The translations under genes were made by a program, and so were the position numbers. Below are positions 25,949 to 39,969 of a DNA stretch of 64,000 bases, piece by piece. Location: assembly GCF_036588685.1 (NCBI RefSeq), contig NW_026963347.1, positions 496,001-560,000 of the forward strand. The letters are read 5' to 3'. The stretch comes from Mytilus trossulus. Its lineage: Eukaryota. How positions within the stretch are numbered: the stretch's first letter is position 1; every line of letters begins with the position of its first letter. The notes under the pieces were generated by a model. It was not told the DNA's origin and searched no databases. It saw only the letters and a list, made by a program, of their open reading frames with translations.

Positions 25949-26611
25949 TATATTAAGGTTAATAAAGGTTGAACAGATGCTGTACTTTCAAAATATACGA
26001 TGTTGCCATAAAGAATATTGCAGAAACGTTCAATAAGGCTGTGTTTTTTGTGTTTCGATCATCAAGAAAACGATATACGTGCATAGAAATCAATAAATAG
26101 GATAAAGGTTCAGATCAAACAACATTTCCGTTATGAAATACATACTGGTATAAAAACAGGATATATGTACTCTCTCGATATAACTGATGTATATGTATTT
26201 TTACTAAACTGTTGCGACTGTTTTTTATTCACTTGTCACTTTTGTATTTTCAATTATGAAATAAACTGAATCTCGTAATGCACATCTTCGTTGATGAGTA
26301 TTGATTTAGGATAATCATGAAAAGAAGGTTTGAACGAATAAAAAAAAAAATGCTTTCGTCCTACATGTAAGTACAAAGTTCTCAGATATGTATTGATCAT
26401 TATATTGTTCCACTGATTTACTTTTCCTGTATATCGTATTATGGGACTCTGATATGTTTTATTACATAAAACTCATATTAACGTGATTTTGTTCTTATAA
26501 TTGTATAATTAAAACTGTGGTTCCTTCTCATTGTTTATAAGAAATAGAAGACATCAAAAGTATGAGCTATCTTAGATTTTATTTTATTGTTAAAAAAGGG
26601 GGTCGAAAGAT

Positions 26612-26905
26612 AATAAAAATTAACGGTACCAATTTTCTTGCACCAGATGCACATTTCAACAATACATGTCTCTTCAGTGATGCTCGTGGCCAAAATATTT
26701 GACATCCAAAGCTTATATAAAAGATGAAGAGCTATAATCGAAAGGTCCAAAAAGTATAGCCAAATCCGTGAAAGGAATCAGAGCTTTGCATGAGGAAGAG
26801 ACATTCCTTAATTTATAACTATTTTTTAATATTTTGTAACAGCAAATTTTAATAACACAAACAAAAATCCGTATTATCATACCAGTACCGAAGTACTGGC
26901 TACCT
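26612..26905 (-). mobile_element. Retrozyme-like element, second family, 5'-truncated
   Basis: Carries an HHR near its 3' end followed by GGTACC. It has the same layout as, and patchy similarity to, the 359-nt family. It is absent from duplication copy 1. Confidence 0.65.
26640..26683 (-). ncRNA. Type I hammerhead ribozyme (near-canonical)
   Basis: The reverse complement reads GCAUCA-CUGAAGA-GACA(uguau)UGUU-GAAA-UGUGC-AUC-UGGUGC. Stem I is 6 bp and stem II closes with G-U. Confidence 0.75.
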
Positions 26906-28844
26906 GGGGACATTCAAACTCATAAATCGAAAATAAACTGATGACGCCACGGCTAAAATAGAAGAAAGAAAACACACAAATAATAATACACAAGACATAA
27001 CATAGAAAACTAGAGACTTATCAACCTAAACCATAAAAAACTGGTTTGATCTCAGGTACGCCGGATCAATATTCAGATCATGTTCTACATGTGGCACCCG
27101 TCGTGCTCATGTTAACGTTAATTTGACATGACACCCATATTACTTAATTTGATTATTTTACGAAATTTTTCAATTTTACAAAGCTATCTTGTGTTTTATT
27201 GAGATGTAACGGATTAAGGGGAATAACTCTAGAAAAAAAAATTAAGAAACATTAATATGAGACTATACATGTGTTGCTTCTGTAGTGGTATTTTGATTCA
27301 TTAATCATGAAGGCTTAACACTGAACATCATTACAGTTGCGTTCATATAACAGATTACGCTAAAAGTACTGGTGGAACCAAAGGACCAAAATGGACTAGC
27401 AGTGGTGACCAGTTCTATTTCTCAGCAAACTGCCAAACATAAAAAAAACTTTTTTTTTTTCATATTTCAAATTGTCTCGTTACTCTGCAATATAGTATGT
27501 TTCAGTATGTTCTATTAGAGAACAAAATATTCGTGTGGATTCAACACGTTCATATTTTATTTGAAAGAATGATGTTTACCTCTGTACATTTGTATTCTTG
27601 ATGGGCGATGACTTTTTTTTTTATAATTTACCTCATGTACATTTATTATTTTTTTTTAAATTTTAATCCGAAGGCGAATACATATTTTTTCAAGAATTAC
27701 AATTTTATGAAATAAACTGCTTGTATTTCATTATCACGTTTTAAGAAACATTATTTGAATAATACACTCACATTTCACACAGTTATATTAACGTTTACGT
27801 CATTGTTAACGCATTGAATAATTTAAATACTGCAATACTTAGAAAACGACTTAGCGAATCGAAATATTGCATACAAAGAAAAAGTATTACGTCATATTTT
27901 CTTGGGCATACATTCTCAGGGTATTTTACGGTTGAGTTGGTAAAATTATTTACCGCTTTTTTATTCAACGTTATGGTTCTTAGACCATTTGTTTTACGGT
28001 TGTACTGCAATGACACCGTCTGGATACAAATGCTCTGAGAGCGTTTGACAAAAGGTTTAGCCAGATTAGTTTAAACAATATTTAGTTCGCCTTGAATTGC
28101 TTTCAATAAGAATTGACAACGTGTACCACAAAGACACATTGTAAATGTGCAAACGCCGCGATGCCATTTCTTCAAACTGCTCATATTTGGTGTAATTGTT
28201 TGCTTAAAAATTAAATTGACCATTGTTTACCAGTACTGCGATTTAACACTAATTATGTGTATTTAGAATTTTACAGTATTGTCCTTCGACTTGGAAGGGT
28301 TGTATTCTGTTAATTTATAGCTGACTTCATTGTACTGCCATTATGATACGACCGTTTTTGCGAAAATTATGAGAACTTTTGCCATTTTACAAGGTCATTG
28401 ACCGAAAGCTGTTTGACACATATGTATCATACACATGATTCCTGTCACACCTGTTTGCAAACGAATGTTTAATTGGTAACATTATTTTATTTTTGTAATA
28501 TTTTATATTAGACTCGAAGATTTGAAATAGAGTCCTTATGAATCAATCATGTTCACAGGAGAAATGCAACTACTTTTTACTATTCTACAAAAGTATATGC
28601 TTTAAATACACGTTCATGACGTTTTCGCGGTGTTTCTGTTGTATGTGTTATACCACGGTAATTACGAACTGTGTATTTTTTTTTCAATTTAGTCCTCGCG
28701 GAGCAGGTTGGTTTGATTATTTATTTCCGACACATACATTTAAAATTTGTAAAATGCTCGTTTCAAAATAGAATCGTATATCTAGTGTCACGCTCGTGCT
28801 CTATTAATAACTCATCATATATATACCAGGGAAAAATTGTATTT

Positions 28845-28888
28845 ACGCCAGATGCGCGTTTCGTCTACGAAAGACTCACCAGGGACGC
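28845..28888 (-). ncRNA. Degenerate hammerhead ribozyme in a short retrozyme fragment (~28810-28935)
   Basis: The reverse complement reads GCGUCC-CUGGUGA-GUCU(uucgu)AGAC-GAAA-CGCGC-AUC-UGGCGU. The A6-to-G core mutation probably inactivates it. Confidence 0.65.
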
Positions 28889-29190
28889 TCGAAAAAGCTA
28901 AAAAGGACAAATTAAGAACGAAGTTGAAGAGCATGAAATTGATTGCTCACAAATGAGTCACGTCTTTTTTGTAAAAAGCAGCATATTCAATAAAAATAAA
29001 ACAGAAACGTTATAAAATGGACCTTCATTTAAAACGACAAATATTAAAAAAGGATGTATGAGAACTGAAACAGTTGAACTATACAAACTAAAAATACACA
29101 AACACAATAAACAATTGCATCAACGATGAACTTTGCTTGATAGAATTAAAAGCATCATACATTTCGCAGGATTATTTGCATGTAAAGGGA

Positions 29191-29227
29191 AAGGGGAAGT
29201 ATTTAAATTTAAATTATATTATAAATA
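29191..29227 (+). promoter_or_regulatory. Putative promoter of gene B: purine-rich ETS site and TATA-like box
   Basis: AAGGGGAAGT (GGAAGT at 29195-29200) followed by TATAAATA, ~80 nt upstream of the ATG. The ETS motif holds the same position before genes C and D. Confidence 0.5.
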
Positions 29228-29279
29228 ATAAGAGAAGTACACAAAGTTTATTTCCGGTCATGTGAACTTTGTTTTAGTT

Positions 29280-32200
29280 ATGCATTATAGTTTGATGCTT
29301 GTAGCAGTTGCATATTTGTTACAAATATCAAATACTCTGAATCCAAACTCGAAGAACGTATGCCCTGAAAAGTTGCCACCAATAAATGAGTACGTAAAAT
29401 TTTATTTTCATAATTCATATGTAGCTATATTATCAATATATATTCTTTATTTCCACTATTTTACAAATAATCAATCGATTTATTTCTTCCTTTTTTTAGT
29501 GAATTTCGAAACATTTCAAAGGATGCGTATGGAGTAAAATGCTGTCCAAACTTCTTGGAAATAAACGGCATGTGTGAATGTAAGTATTATCGGGCTTTTA
29601 CAAGGTAAAATACCCGGGGAATCAAATAAAATAGTTTACATTCAGATGACGAGTTAAGAAGAACAAGAGATATACAACGATATATAAAATAACTGTTTCA
29701 TTTCTTTTAAAACAAAATGAACTATGTTAATAACATGATGTTCAAATAGCAAACAAAAGAGGGACAAACGACACCAGAGAGAGAGTCAAATACATAGATA
29801 GAAAAAAAAACTGACAACGCCGTGGCTTCAAATTTAAAAAAAGACATACAGACAAACAATAGTACAGAAAACACAACGTAGAAAACTAAAGACTAAGCAA
29901 CACTTTACCCGCCAAAAAATGGTGGAGATCTGGAAGGGTTCATAGATCCTGCTCCAGATGTGACACCCGTCTTGTTGCTTATCCATGAATATGTTTATTA
30001 GGTATGGTGAAATTTTCAATATAAGTCTTATTTGTTTAGAGATTATTTTGAAGTTAGGAACCAAACATTCGTTCAGAATTTTGCAATATGTTAACTATTT
30101 CAAACGCCTGCCTGTTGGTACGTTTCGTTTCTCAATTAGGTGTTCGTTGAAATTGAGGGATCGATGAACATATGTATATAACATTATCAACATGGGCATT
30201 GTTATGATATTAACCTATTCTAGATCTAGATCATGAGAGAGAGGGGGAAATAGAGGAAGAGATATGGGTTTGGAAGGAGTTTAAATTTCATCACAATGTT
30301 TTATGTTTTCAGCATGTCCAGCGGGAACTTACGGAAAGTCCTGTATAAACCAGTGCTTACCGGGTTCTTATGGAATGCTATGCAAAGCTAAATGCAATTG
30401 TAGTTCAGTCCAAGAATGTCACAATATATTCGGATGTGTTTGTAAAACAGGTCATAGAGGAGACAATTGTGATCAAGGTAATATCGTCAATGTCCTCTGG
30501 CCTTTGTTAGTCTTGTATGATTTTAAATTTAATTTTTTGTGTATAGTTCGGAGTTTAGTATGCCGTCTTTTATCAAAGAACTAGTATACATTTAATTAAG
30601 CGGCCAGCTGAAGTACACCTCCTTGTGCAGGAGCTTCTTTTTGTTTTGAAGACCCATTGGTGGACTTCGGCTGTTGTTTTCTCTTTGGATGGGTTGTTGG
30701 CTCTTTGGCAAATTCCCCATTTCCATTGTCAATTTAAATGTAAGATCCTAACACAATGAAGGTTGTCACAATAGCTGCATAGTTTAGTGCCGAAACTGAT
30801 AATATTGAAATTAAAATTTTTCTTTTTCATAGTTCTGATACATGTACTTAAGACCAAATGATTAAACAATTAACAACTAAAGGTCACTTCATCAATGAGT
30901 AATAGGTTTATTAATTACTCTGGATGAAAAAGCATTAGCATACCATGCATTTAAATTTACATACCGGATTACATTTATATTATGGAATTAATTATTTCCG
31001 GAAATCCGCTATCGTGTTACTATGAAAAGTGAATAAAGTGGAACTCGTCTCAAACTAAACAAAATGCACATTTGTAATATCACTGCGTTAACGCATAATA
31101 GCAAGTTGTTCAGTTCCGAACATTATTTACTGGGAATGCCAGTTTTATTCTCCAAAGAAACCTGGCTTTCATTTACATTAACAACCTTCTCGATGATATA
31201 GGAAATTGCTCTACAAGGGGCTTTAAACATTGACAATCACTCGTATTCTCAAATAGTTCAACAATTAGCATCACAAAGAAAAAATGTATCAACTCTACAA
31301 AAATTTTGAGGAGGTAACGAACAAACATGATAGTCCATCAGCTAGGTCTCAAAAGCGCTCTAGTTAAGGAGTTTGTGTTACACCTCAGGGTACCGCGATT
31401 TTTTTGGATAGAATTCAACTTCATTATCTTATTGATAAAATACAAGGTGTTAGACTAAATAAAAAGAATCCAAAAGAGATTTAAAAACCTCCCTTTCAGT
31501 GGTCCCCTCATTTAGTAATCACGACTAAGTAATTTGTAATTAATTTTTTTGATATAAAGCGACTAAAATAAAATAAAGTATAGGAGTAAACAACCAAAAC
31601 AGATACAAAACTATCATATTTAATGTTACTCTGAAGATTTTTTGTTTAAAAAAAAGTTTTTTTTACATTACAAACAATCCGATTTTTTGGGTTAAAATTA
31701 AGGCATATTTTTTCCTTTCATAAAGAAATTCGTTATACATTTACCCGTTTTAGTTAATTAAACTTTAGAATTAATCATTATACAATGTTTCAATCATTTG
31801 CAGTATTTATATATCGTCTAAAATATGACATATTTGATAAAATATATATACGTGCAAATACTCGTTAAATTACGGAAATCATCAAATTACCGTCTTTGAT
31901 TCAGTATACAACATGTACAATGCATTCACACATACGCATTATCAATTTGCAACTGAAAACACACATTTAAATGTCGATTTATGATGTTTTGGTGAGACAA
32001 ATTATTTTATAAAGTGAATGTGTAACAAAATATTACTGAAAAAGTACAAATTAAGGTGTTTTTTTTTTGCGTTCAGAAAAGGTGCACTCTATCGAACTCA
32101 ATAAAAGTGTGCTTGAGTACATTTTGTGTTTTAGTGTTTGACTTTGAATGAACGTCAAATAGTCAGTTATGAGAATTGGCCATACTTTTTATGATCTTTG

Positions 32201-35200
32201 GTTTCTAACAGATAAAAAAAAATGGCTTTGTTGTTTTTAGTTTTAATAAAGATTATGTTAAGCGTTGGTTGTTAAATGTACATGAAATTGTTATCAAAGG
32301 TACCAAAATTGTAATTTGGTATGCCAGACGCGCGTTTCGTCTACATAAGACTCATCAGTGACGCTCATATCAATATATTTGTAAAGCCAAACGAGTATAA
32401 ATTTGAAGAATATTGAGAATACAAAATTCCAAAAAGTTGTGCCAAATACGGCTATGGTAGTCTATGTCTGGGATAAGAACATCCTTAGTTTTTCGAACAA
32501 ATCTAAGTTTTATAAACAGAAAATTTATATAAATGACAACATTATTGATATAAATGTCAACACAGATTGTTGACTACTGGGCTGGTGATACCCTCGGGGA
32601 CGAAACGTCCATCAGCAGTGGAAGGAGCTTCAATATCCTTAAAATTCGAGATTTAGTAGGAATGGGTAACCCTGAAACTCCGCACAAAAAGAACTTTAAA
32701 AAACTCGAATGTCGCCTGCTTGTCATAGCCCAGACAAGATAGTTGGTTGCGCAAAAGGCTCTCCAGTTTGAATTAGGTCCTCCTCCAATGTATCTTACAA
32801 ACTTTGATGGTACACATGTAACGAAAATTAAAATCTGTCCTGGATGGTCTTTTATAAAATGGTCATCTCTTAGAAAGCATGTGAATATTTGAAGACATGG
32901 CAGTTATTCAACCCATTACTAGGATACAAAGCACTTTTTTTATTTGGCAATTGTTATTTTAAAAATAATCCTTTAAGTTTCGAAAAGAGGTCCCGCATTG
33001 ATTTTGTCACTGATTAGTATCCCACAATATCCATAACAAAATTAAAACAGCAGGTCCTTGGGAGGGACAAATCTTTACGATAAGTTCTAGACCATCACAA
33101 TCGTGTTCTTGGGAATGGAAGAAATGTTTGTTAGTTGGGGAAAACAAAGTTGCTCTTGTTGAATTCTTTGGTTCGGAAAAGAGTAAATAATCCTATAGAT
33201 TTACACTTGAATGTATTGATTTATGTGTATCACACGGAAGTATGTGCCACAAAATAAATGTTGGAAATGAAATAGCGTAGAATGGTTTTATCTTATAATC
33301 AAACAGGAAGAAGCCGATTACAAAATGTTTCTTAATGCAAAAATATGCAGCTGACAAAAGTAACGACACCATTGTTATAAAACCTTCTGACATTGATGTG
33401 GAAGAATTGGCCTACTATTTTCACAGTTGCATATCAATTCTAACATTGTTAGATTGGTGAGAATGTTTGTAGAAAACTGCCAGGATTTCACGGCAGTACA
33501 GGTTGTGATTCAGTAAGTGTTTTGTGTGGTAAAGGAAAAAAAGCAAAGTATTCGGCTTTTTGACACGTTATGTGTTTTCGGAAGGTCTATTCCATCGTGG
33601 TGAAACCTTTGAAGAGGTTGACGAAGAGTTGACAAAACTCTCGAGAGGTTTTCGTGTTCTATATATGCATACGAAATTTAAAATATCGATGAAAAAAGAT
33701 CAGGACGTTTTGAAATGCAACCAAAAACAGATTTATTGACATCTACTGTCCCCAACAAAAGATGCAATGTTAAAGCACATAAAACCATCCAACTTTCAGA
33801 CGAAGATTTGGAAATCTGCTCTTAAACACAACACTGGTCTGTTGCTAAACAACTATAATTGGATTGTTCAGAACGATTTGATCAGTATCAATTGGCTAGA
33901 CCAACCACCAGCGTTAGATGCTTTAATAATTATGAAGTGCTGTTCATTTAAAGCTGGTTGTGCCAACAACAGATGTTCATGTGTTCAACAAGGTTTCTCC
34001 TGAACAAATACCTGTATGTAAATACTCGAAAGCTTGTAGATATAAGGATTATCAAAACGTTGATATTGCTAATAGCGATGACCACGAATATGATGGAAAT
34101 GATGATAATGAAAATTCGGTAGATGCAGGTGACCAAACTGATGATGATTCTATGGATTGAACTTCTGCATGACCTTTAAATGTAGTGATTCGGTTGTTAA
34201 AAAAAAATTAAAAAGATAGAGATCTAGAAACCCTGACAGTTTTGTGTGTTTTAATATGTTAGTTATTTCATGAATATGATGTATGAATTTGTGACAGAAT
34301 CGTGCATTTCTAGTTGCCTATGTTTGTGTCTGTCGTTGATTCTATATTTTTGTTTCTTACCTTTAAATGTTTTTTTCAACAGCCTTTACATTGTAGTTAC
34401 ATTATGCTCTATGTTTTAATATGAAAAATATACCGTATTATCAAGAAAATTAGTACTTTTGCTTCTTTTCATTGAAAATCATGAATTTTGGAAATTACCC
34501 TCCCCCTTTTTTCTTGGTCCTCTACGATTGAAAAATTAATTGAAAATTGGCCTGCGTTTTAATAAGATATAATTTGTTCCATTTAATAAAAAGAATAGTA
34601 CTGAATTATTGGTTATTTTTACATTTTTCTGTAAATATGTGCAAAACAAAATTTTTGATATACCCTTAAATAAGTCCCCTTTTAACCCCTTTTGGACACT
34701 TTTTCAAAAGTCTAACACCTCTTAAAATATTCTTCATATATTACTCTTTAAATTTATACCAAAAAATTGCTGTACCCTGGGGTGTACTCAGAATTGAAAT
34801 TTTGCCCTACCAGCTGATGGACTATGAACACGAATTATATTTTCCTAAGGAGGATATACACAACCAGAAAAACGAACATTGTTTGGGGTAATAACTCTTA
34901 AAAAAAGGTCCTCGGCTAAAAAGGATGAGTTTCAAAGCGTAATATAAATGTTTGATATAATATTCAAAACATATTAAAGACATCTTGCGATACCCCTATA
35001 AACTGCATGAAAAATAGGTGGAAAATTAAAAAAAAATTTAGTTTAAACAGAATCTATGGATTTTTCCTACATATAAGAGGTAAGACCTAATAAACGGGTT
35101 GGAAATTCGGGAATAATGCCATGTATTTTGGATAAGCAAGGAGAGTATGCATAGATAAGGGAAGAAAACATGCCTCGCAAATGGATAAATCTGGACTCTA

Positions 35201-36911
35201 TAATATTTTAGAGTTGTACTATGGGTTCTGTAACGAACAGAGAGTGCAACAGACCAGGCTTCGGATTTAACGTTCCCCATCAGACCACGAATCGACACAT
35301 CCAGCACAACAAATGAACGCCTATATTTATCAATGGTTTTACTGCATTAACGGAAAGAGTCAAGGGCTCATCATATTTCTATATTCGTTTACTCTTTTTT
35401 TCTTCCCCCCCCCCCCCCCCCCCCCAAAAAAAGTTAATTAAATCTTATATGCTTATAATTACTGAATTTGACAATTTAAACATAATAACGTCTAATGATC
35501 TTCTTTGGTATACGACAGTAATCCATGTGAAACCTACACAGATAAAAAATAATAATTCTTAAGAATTTTATTGCAGATATATCCTATGAAGACAGTACTG
35601 CCACATTAATAATTTCTACTAGCATTCCGAGTAAATGTATCATTATTGGAGAGACAACAATAACATACAATGGTAGGTAGTAGCAACAATTTGTTTATTT
35701 CAAATAATAGCAAAAGTAACTGCCATGTTATTTGCAATAAGCAGATCCAATTTAAAAAAAAAATGCGATATATAGGTTGGGTAGAGGTCAATCGGTGCAA
35801 CCGATGTCATCGAACAATTGATTCTTATAGTGACTATATCAAATCCGCATGTTTTTGGAGTTGCACGATTTGGAAAGTTGTCTGTTAATCACATGGTACC
35901 GGTTGGGGTTATATATTTGTATAAAAGTCAAAGAAAAGTATACTCGCTATACCGTTTCTTTTAATTCTGATTAAGTTACAAGAGTGATGCAAAGTTTTGT
36001 GAATCGCAGTTCTGTGTCTTTTAGTAAATTGTACACTTGTATATCTACTGCCGTGATAAATTGATTTCACTTTTGTAGGATCATCAAATATGGATTGGCT
36101 TTTGTATACACTTTGTATAGCTGCCGTTATAGTGTTGACTGCGTTTACTCATTTATTGCGTTCTTACCAACAGCGAAAATCAACTAAAAGATCTAAAAGC
36201 GAAAAAGTAGTTTGGGAATCGACTACAACTTCTCCGTATACTGGCACTTACGACGAAATTGACGAAAACGTATTAACAGATAACACGCCAGGTTTATGCG
36301 TGACAGCACAGCAATCTATAACGGAAGCTGTATACTTTGTTCCACAAGAAAGTTCTTATAGCACAACAATCACTGGACAAGTTAAAACAGATTATCTTGA
36401 TCCTGTTTTTGAAGCTGAAATAGAAGGAAAGAAATCGAAGGATCAATTTTTAACTTGCTCCTCGTCTATAGTTCAAACAGGTATCGAAAGTGTATGTTCC
36501 TCTACATCTACGGACAATACGCATGAACATTCACATGGAAATAGAGTACCAGTGACGATTCATCAGTTTATCGAAAGTTCATCGGATACTGAAGAACATA
36601 CTGCAGATAATAAATGTCATACGTATCAATCCCTACAAAAAGACAGTCAGATTTCAAATAACAAGTATGAAGAATTTCAGAAACCAGAAAGTAAGATCGC
36701 ACACGATACAAAATTACAGGCAGTTACTCAATTTATATATGAAACCAGTGAACTACCGAATGAAATAAACAAGTCTGCCGTATCTGACAAAACAATAAAC
36801 AATTTTGAAGAAAATCCGTCAACTCACGACAACATGGACAAGCTGATGAAAGGCGACGAAAATCCTAGTGCTGAATTTAGTCTTAAGAAAGTCCACTTAA
36901 TTAACATGTAA
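29280..36911 (+). CDS. EMI/EGF single-pass receptor (Draper/MEGF10/PEAR1-like, short form), gene B, 427 aa; exons 29280-29389, 29500-29579, 30313-30477, 35577-35672, 36079-36911
   Basis: All introns are GT-AG and phase-compatible (110+80+165+96+833=1284 nt). The product has a signal peptide, an NVC...CCPNF...GMCE EMI-like motif, EGF-laminin repeats, an S/T stalk, TM WLLYTLCIAAVIVLTAFTHLL and a Tyr-motif tail. Internal exon sizes match the paralogues. Confidence 0.88.
29757..29985 (+). repeat. Interspersed repeat family 3
   Basis: ...ACAAACAATAGTACA...AGAAAACTAAAGACTAAGCAACA...CACCCGTC is shared with ~19215-19370, 26905-27115, 56865-57010 and 63850-64000. Confidence 0.7.
32290..32621 (-). mobile_element. 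359-nt-family retrozyme copy nested in the Academ element
   Basis: Reverse-complement homologue of 42020-42358, ending at GTTATCAAAGGTACC. Confidence 0.8.
32321..32364 (-). ncRNA. Type I hammerhead ribozyme (canonical core)
   Basis: The reverse complement reads GCGUCA-CUGAUGA-GUCU(uaugu)AGAC-GAAA-CGCGC-GUC-UGGCAU, with an ACGCGCGU palindromic stem III. Confidence 0.88.
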
Positions 36912-39900
36912 ACAAAGCTTTCTGTTCACAAGTAGACAACAATAGTAACGCAAATAGTTATGCTGACGTAAACCTTTGTTACAAAATATTATTCTACTAA
37001 CAAAAAGGATAAATGTAGTTTTCCGATGTTCAAGTTTCATAAAACCATTGGGATAAGCAAATTTAAATAAAAATCTAAAGTAAGGTAATGGCATAAGCTT
37101 CTCATGTTATCCTTGTATCATGTGCCATGTACATTCAAGCTAACATCATAATTGGACTTCTCTGGAACTGAATGATTTAATATGCGTATTGTTATGAGTT
37201 TACTTTCTGACATTGGCTAGAGGTATAGGGGGAGGGTTGAGATCTCATAATCATGCGTAACCCCGCCGCATTTTTGCCCTTGTCCCAAGTCAGGAGCCTC
37301 TGGCCTTTGTTAATCTTGTATTATTTTTAATTTTCGTTTCTTGTGTACAATTTGGAGTTAAGTATGGCGTTCATTTTCATTAAACTAGTATATACATTTG
37401 TTTAGGGGCCAGCTGAAGGACGCCTCCGGTTGTGGGAATTTCTCGTTGCATTGAAGACCTCTTGGTGACCTTAGGCTGTTGTATGTTCCATGATCGGATT
37501 GTTCTCTCTTTAACACATCCCCATTTCCATTTTCAATTTTAAATTAAAAAGAAACGATCAGGAGTAGGACACACTCGGAAATATTGCTAGACGTATCTGG
37601 TATATTTAAGAGCGCATTTGTTTTTTTTACCTAAACGATGTTAATTGTTACGCGCTAAGTCGCTTAATACATTTGTTACTTATACATAAATAATTATCTT
37701 GTGTGTCAATGTTGACATCGTTCATTTTAACAATAAATGTGCAAAAAAATCATTTAGTGGTTTGTCGTTCAGGCTTCAAAACAACACATTTGCTTCTGCA
37801 TCCGACATTTATTTGAATGTTTAAAACTTGTTGTTTTCGCTCATTTCTGATCATTTATTTCTCACACTTTTACTTTAATTTTACAATATTTGTCTGTAGT
37901 CTACTTTAGTCACACTGAGCAGGGTCGATAAAGTTCATTTTAAGATGTTTTTGATTTTACAACTGACCGCCCACTTAACGAAAGTCTCAGGTGACAAAAT
38001 TGCAATTTAGGAACAAATGCACTATATGGCAGTAACCTCTTCAATCGATATAAACAATCGGCTACAATTGAATCTGCCATTTGAATACATTATGTCTTAA
38101 ACAGTAAAATTTGATAAAGTAAAATCACGAAAATAATGTCAATACATTCGTGAATTGGGTCGGAAAGCTTTGATTTAATATCATCTCGGCTTCTTTTTTT
38201 TATTATTGATGTTAATTTGGTACAGGGAAATATAATTAATAACAACTTAATGGACATATGCAAAAGTTGTATTTTCATACAAGATGTAGTTTAAACACTT
38301 TTCATGCGTATGACCAGACGGAATGTCCCGTACGAAATAAGAAGTATTATTTCACCTAGACAATAGAAGGGATGAGGTAGGAATCTACCTAGAATCAAAG
38401 ATTCCATATAGAAAGTAGGCGGACATGGAAAATGAACAAAATTCTGACTGGATTTTTTTCTATTCCTACTTCTAAAATCCTACCTACTACATGTACCTAG
38501 GTGAAATTTTAAAAGTCTGTACGGATTTTTTCTGTTTTGAAAATCTGATTTGATTATTTTTTTCCTACTACCAGTACAAGCTTCCTACCAGAATTAATTT
38601 ATAAATTTCTACCAGAAAGTCTTTCTTCCTGGAAAGTAATCTTGATCTGGATCCCTGTTTGCTAATGACATGCATTTTACACTGCTAAATGCAAGCAAGT
38701 TCCAGTTCACAAATTCAAAATTTAGAGGGGAAAGAATGGAAAGTTATGTTGGAACACATTGCTGCAAGCTCGGGTCACACAACTACAATATAGATTCCTA
38801 CTACTGTCTGACTGAAATATTACTCTCTTCTGGTAGGAATTCAAAGCAATTTTCCTTCTATATTCCGTGTACATTACATATGGAACAATTCATACAGCTA
38901 TTAACACGTAATCCCTGGCATGTGGTAACATTTTGTAGTATAACAAAAATATATTATATGTAGATATCCACCTGCAATACACTAAATTGTTTCAATAAAT
39001 TGCATTATATTTTGGTGTGTTGAAAGACGGAAATGTTGTTTTGCATGTTAATATGTGTTCCTGACTCAATATTGATATTTCTTTTTGTTTAACGCACGCA
39101 TTTTAAAATAATAAAAAATCATTAAGAAGATGAAGTCAGTTAAAACATCCATATATCTATTCACATTAAAATATTACAAGACCGTGAAAATTCCCGAATT
39201 AGAGCTTGCAGAAATAATTGTTTATTATCCATAAACATTGTTTAGTATCCGTGTTTATTTCATCACCATTACAAGCAGCAAAATAAATCAAACGTGTGTC
39301 TTTCCTACTAATTAACGTCATGTATATTTTCAGTTATCCAAACATATGTGCTCTAGTTGATAAGTTCAGGTTTACTGTCACGCGGTACGTTAACTGGCAA
39401 AGATTTCATTTTATATATATACGAGTTTATTTAATGAATTAATGACTCTGAACTGTAGGAGTTTTATAAACCAGTTCCTCCCAATATGTAGTTTGTCTTT
39501 ACTATTACTTGTTACTTTTGTAATGCTTTTTTTTTCAATGGTTTTCTTTTATTTACCATATAAAGGCAGCAATAACACACTACACGTCATCTCGGTTTTC
39601 GAATATAACTCATGTATTATATATCGTTTAAAACGTGAACTCACAAAAATATTGAACTCCGAGGAAAATTCAAAACGGAAAGTCTCTCATTAAATGGCAA
39701 AATCAAAATCTCGTACACATCAAACGAATGGATAACAACTTCAAATTTATCTTTGCAATTTTATACAAGTATGTTATGCATTACAAGTGCAAATGCAGAT
39801 AAGAGTGAATATATTCGCCAATCAGTTATAAGTTTAATCTTTCACAAACTTTCTTTTAAAACTGCAACGATAACAATTAATAGACTGTATACTTTCTTGT

Positions 39901-39969
39901 TCAAGCTGATGTGTTGATTTTTTATTTTTACAGCTTCTCTCCTTTTTCTTTTGTTCCGCTTCATTATCC

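Larger units (their letters stand above)
21285..28255. repeat. Old local duplication, copy 2, lengthened by later Tc1 and retrozyme insertions
   Basis: Collinear with 14690-19215. The insertions at 24431-25948 and ~26610-27115 are absent from copy 1. Confidence 0.85.
31331..34824 (+). mobile_element. Academ-superfamily DNA transposon, internally deleted and decayed, in gene B intron 3
   Basis: 5'-TAG...CTA-3' termini (TAGTCCATCAGCT / AGCTGATGGACTA), a 3-bp TSD TGA and ~130-bp imperfect subterminal inverted blocks. Relic peptides IVIKPSDIDV, GCDSVSVLCGKGKK (XPG/H3TH-like), PTKDAMLKHIKPSNFQTKIW and Cys-rich CCSFKAGCANNRCSC lie at ~33350-34050. Confidence 0.8.

Noticed and set aside
30833-30882. 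Possible extra AG/GT-bounded exon in gene B resembling the KLTTK end of the gene A exon
   Set aside because: There is an in-frame TGA in the required phase and no counterpart in gene C.
35405-35426. Long poly-C run
   Set aside because: An isolated homopolymer in an intron with no supporting context.
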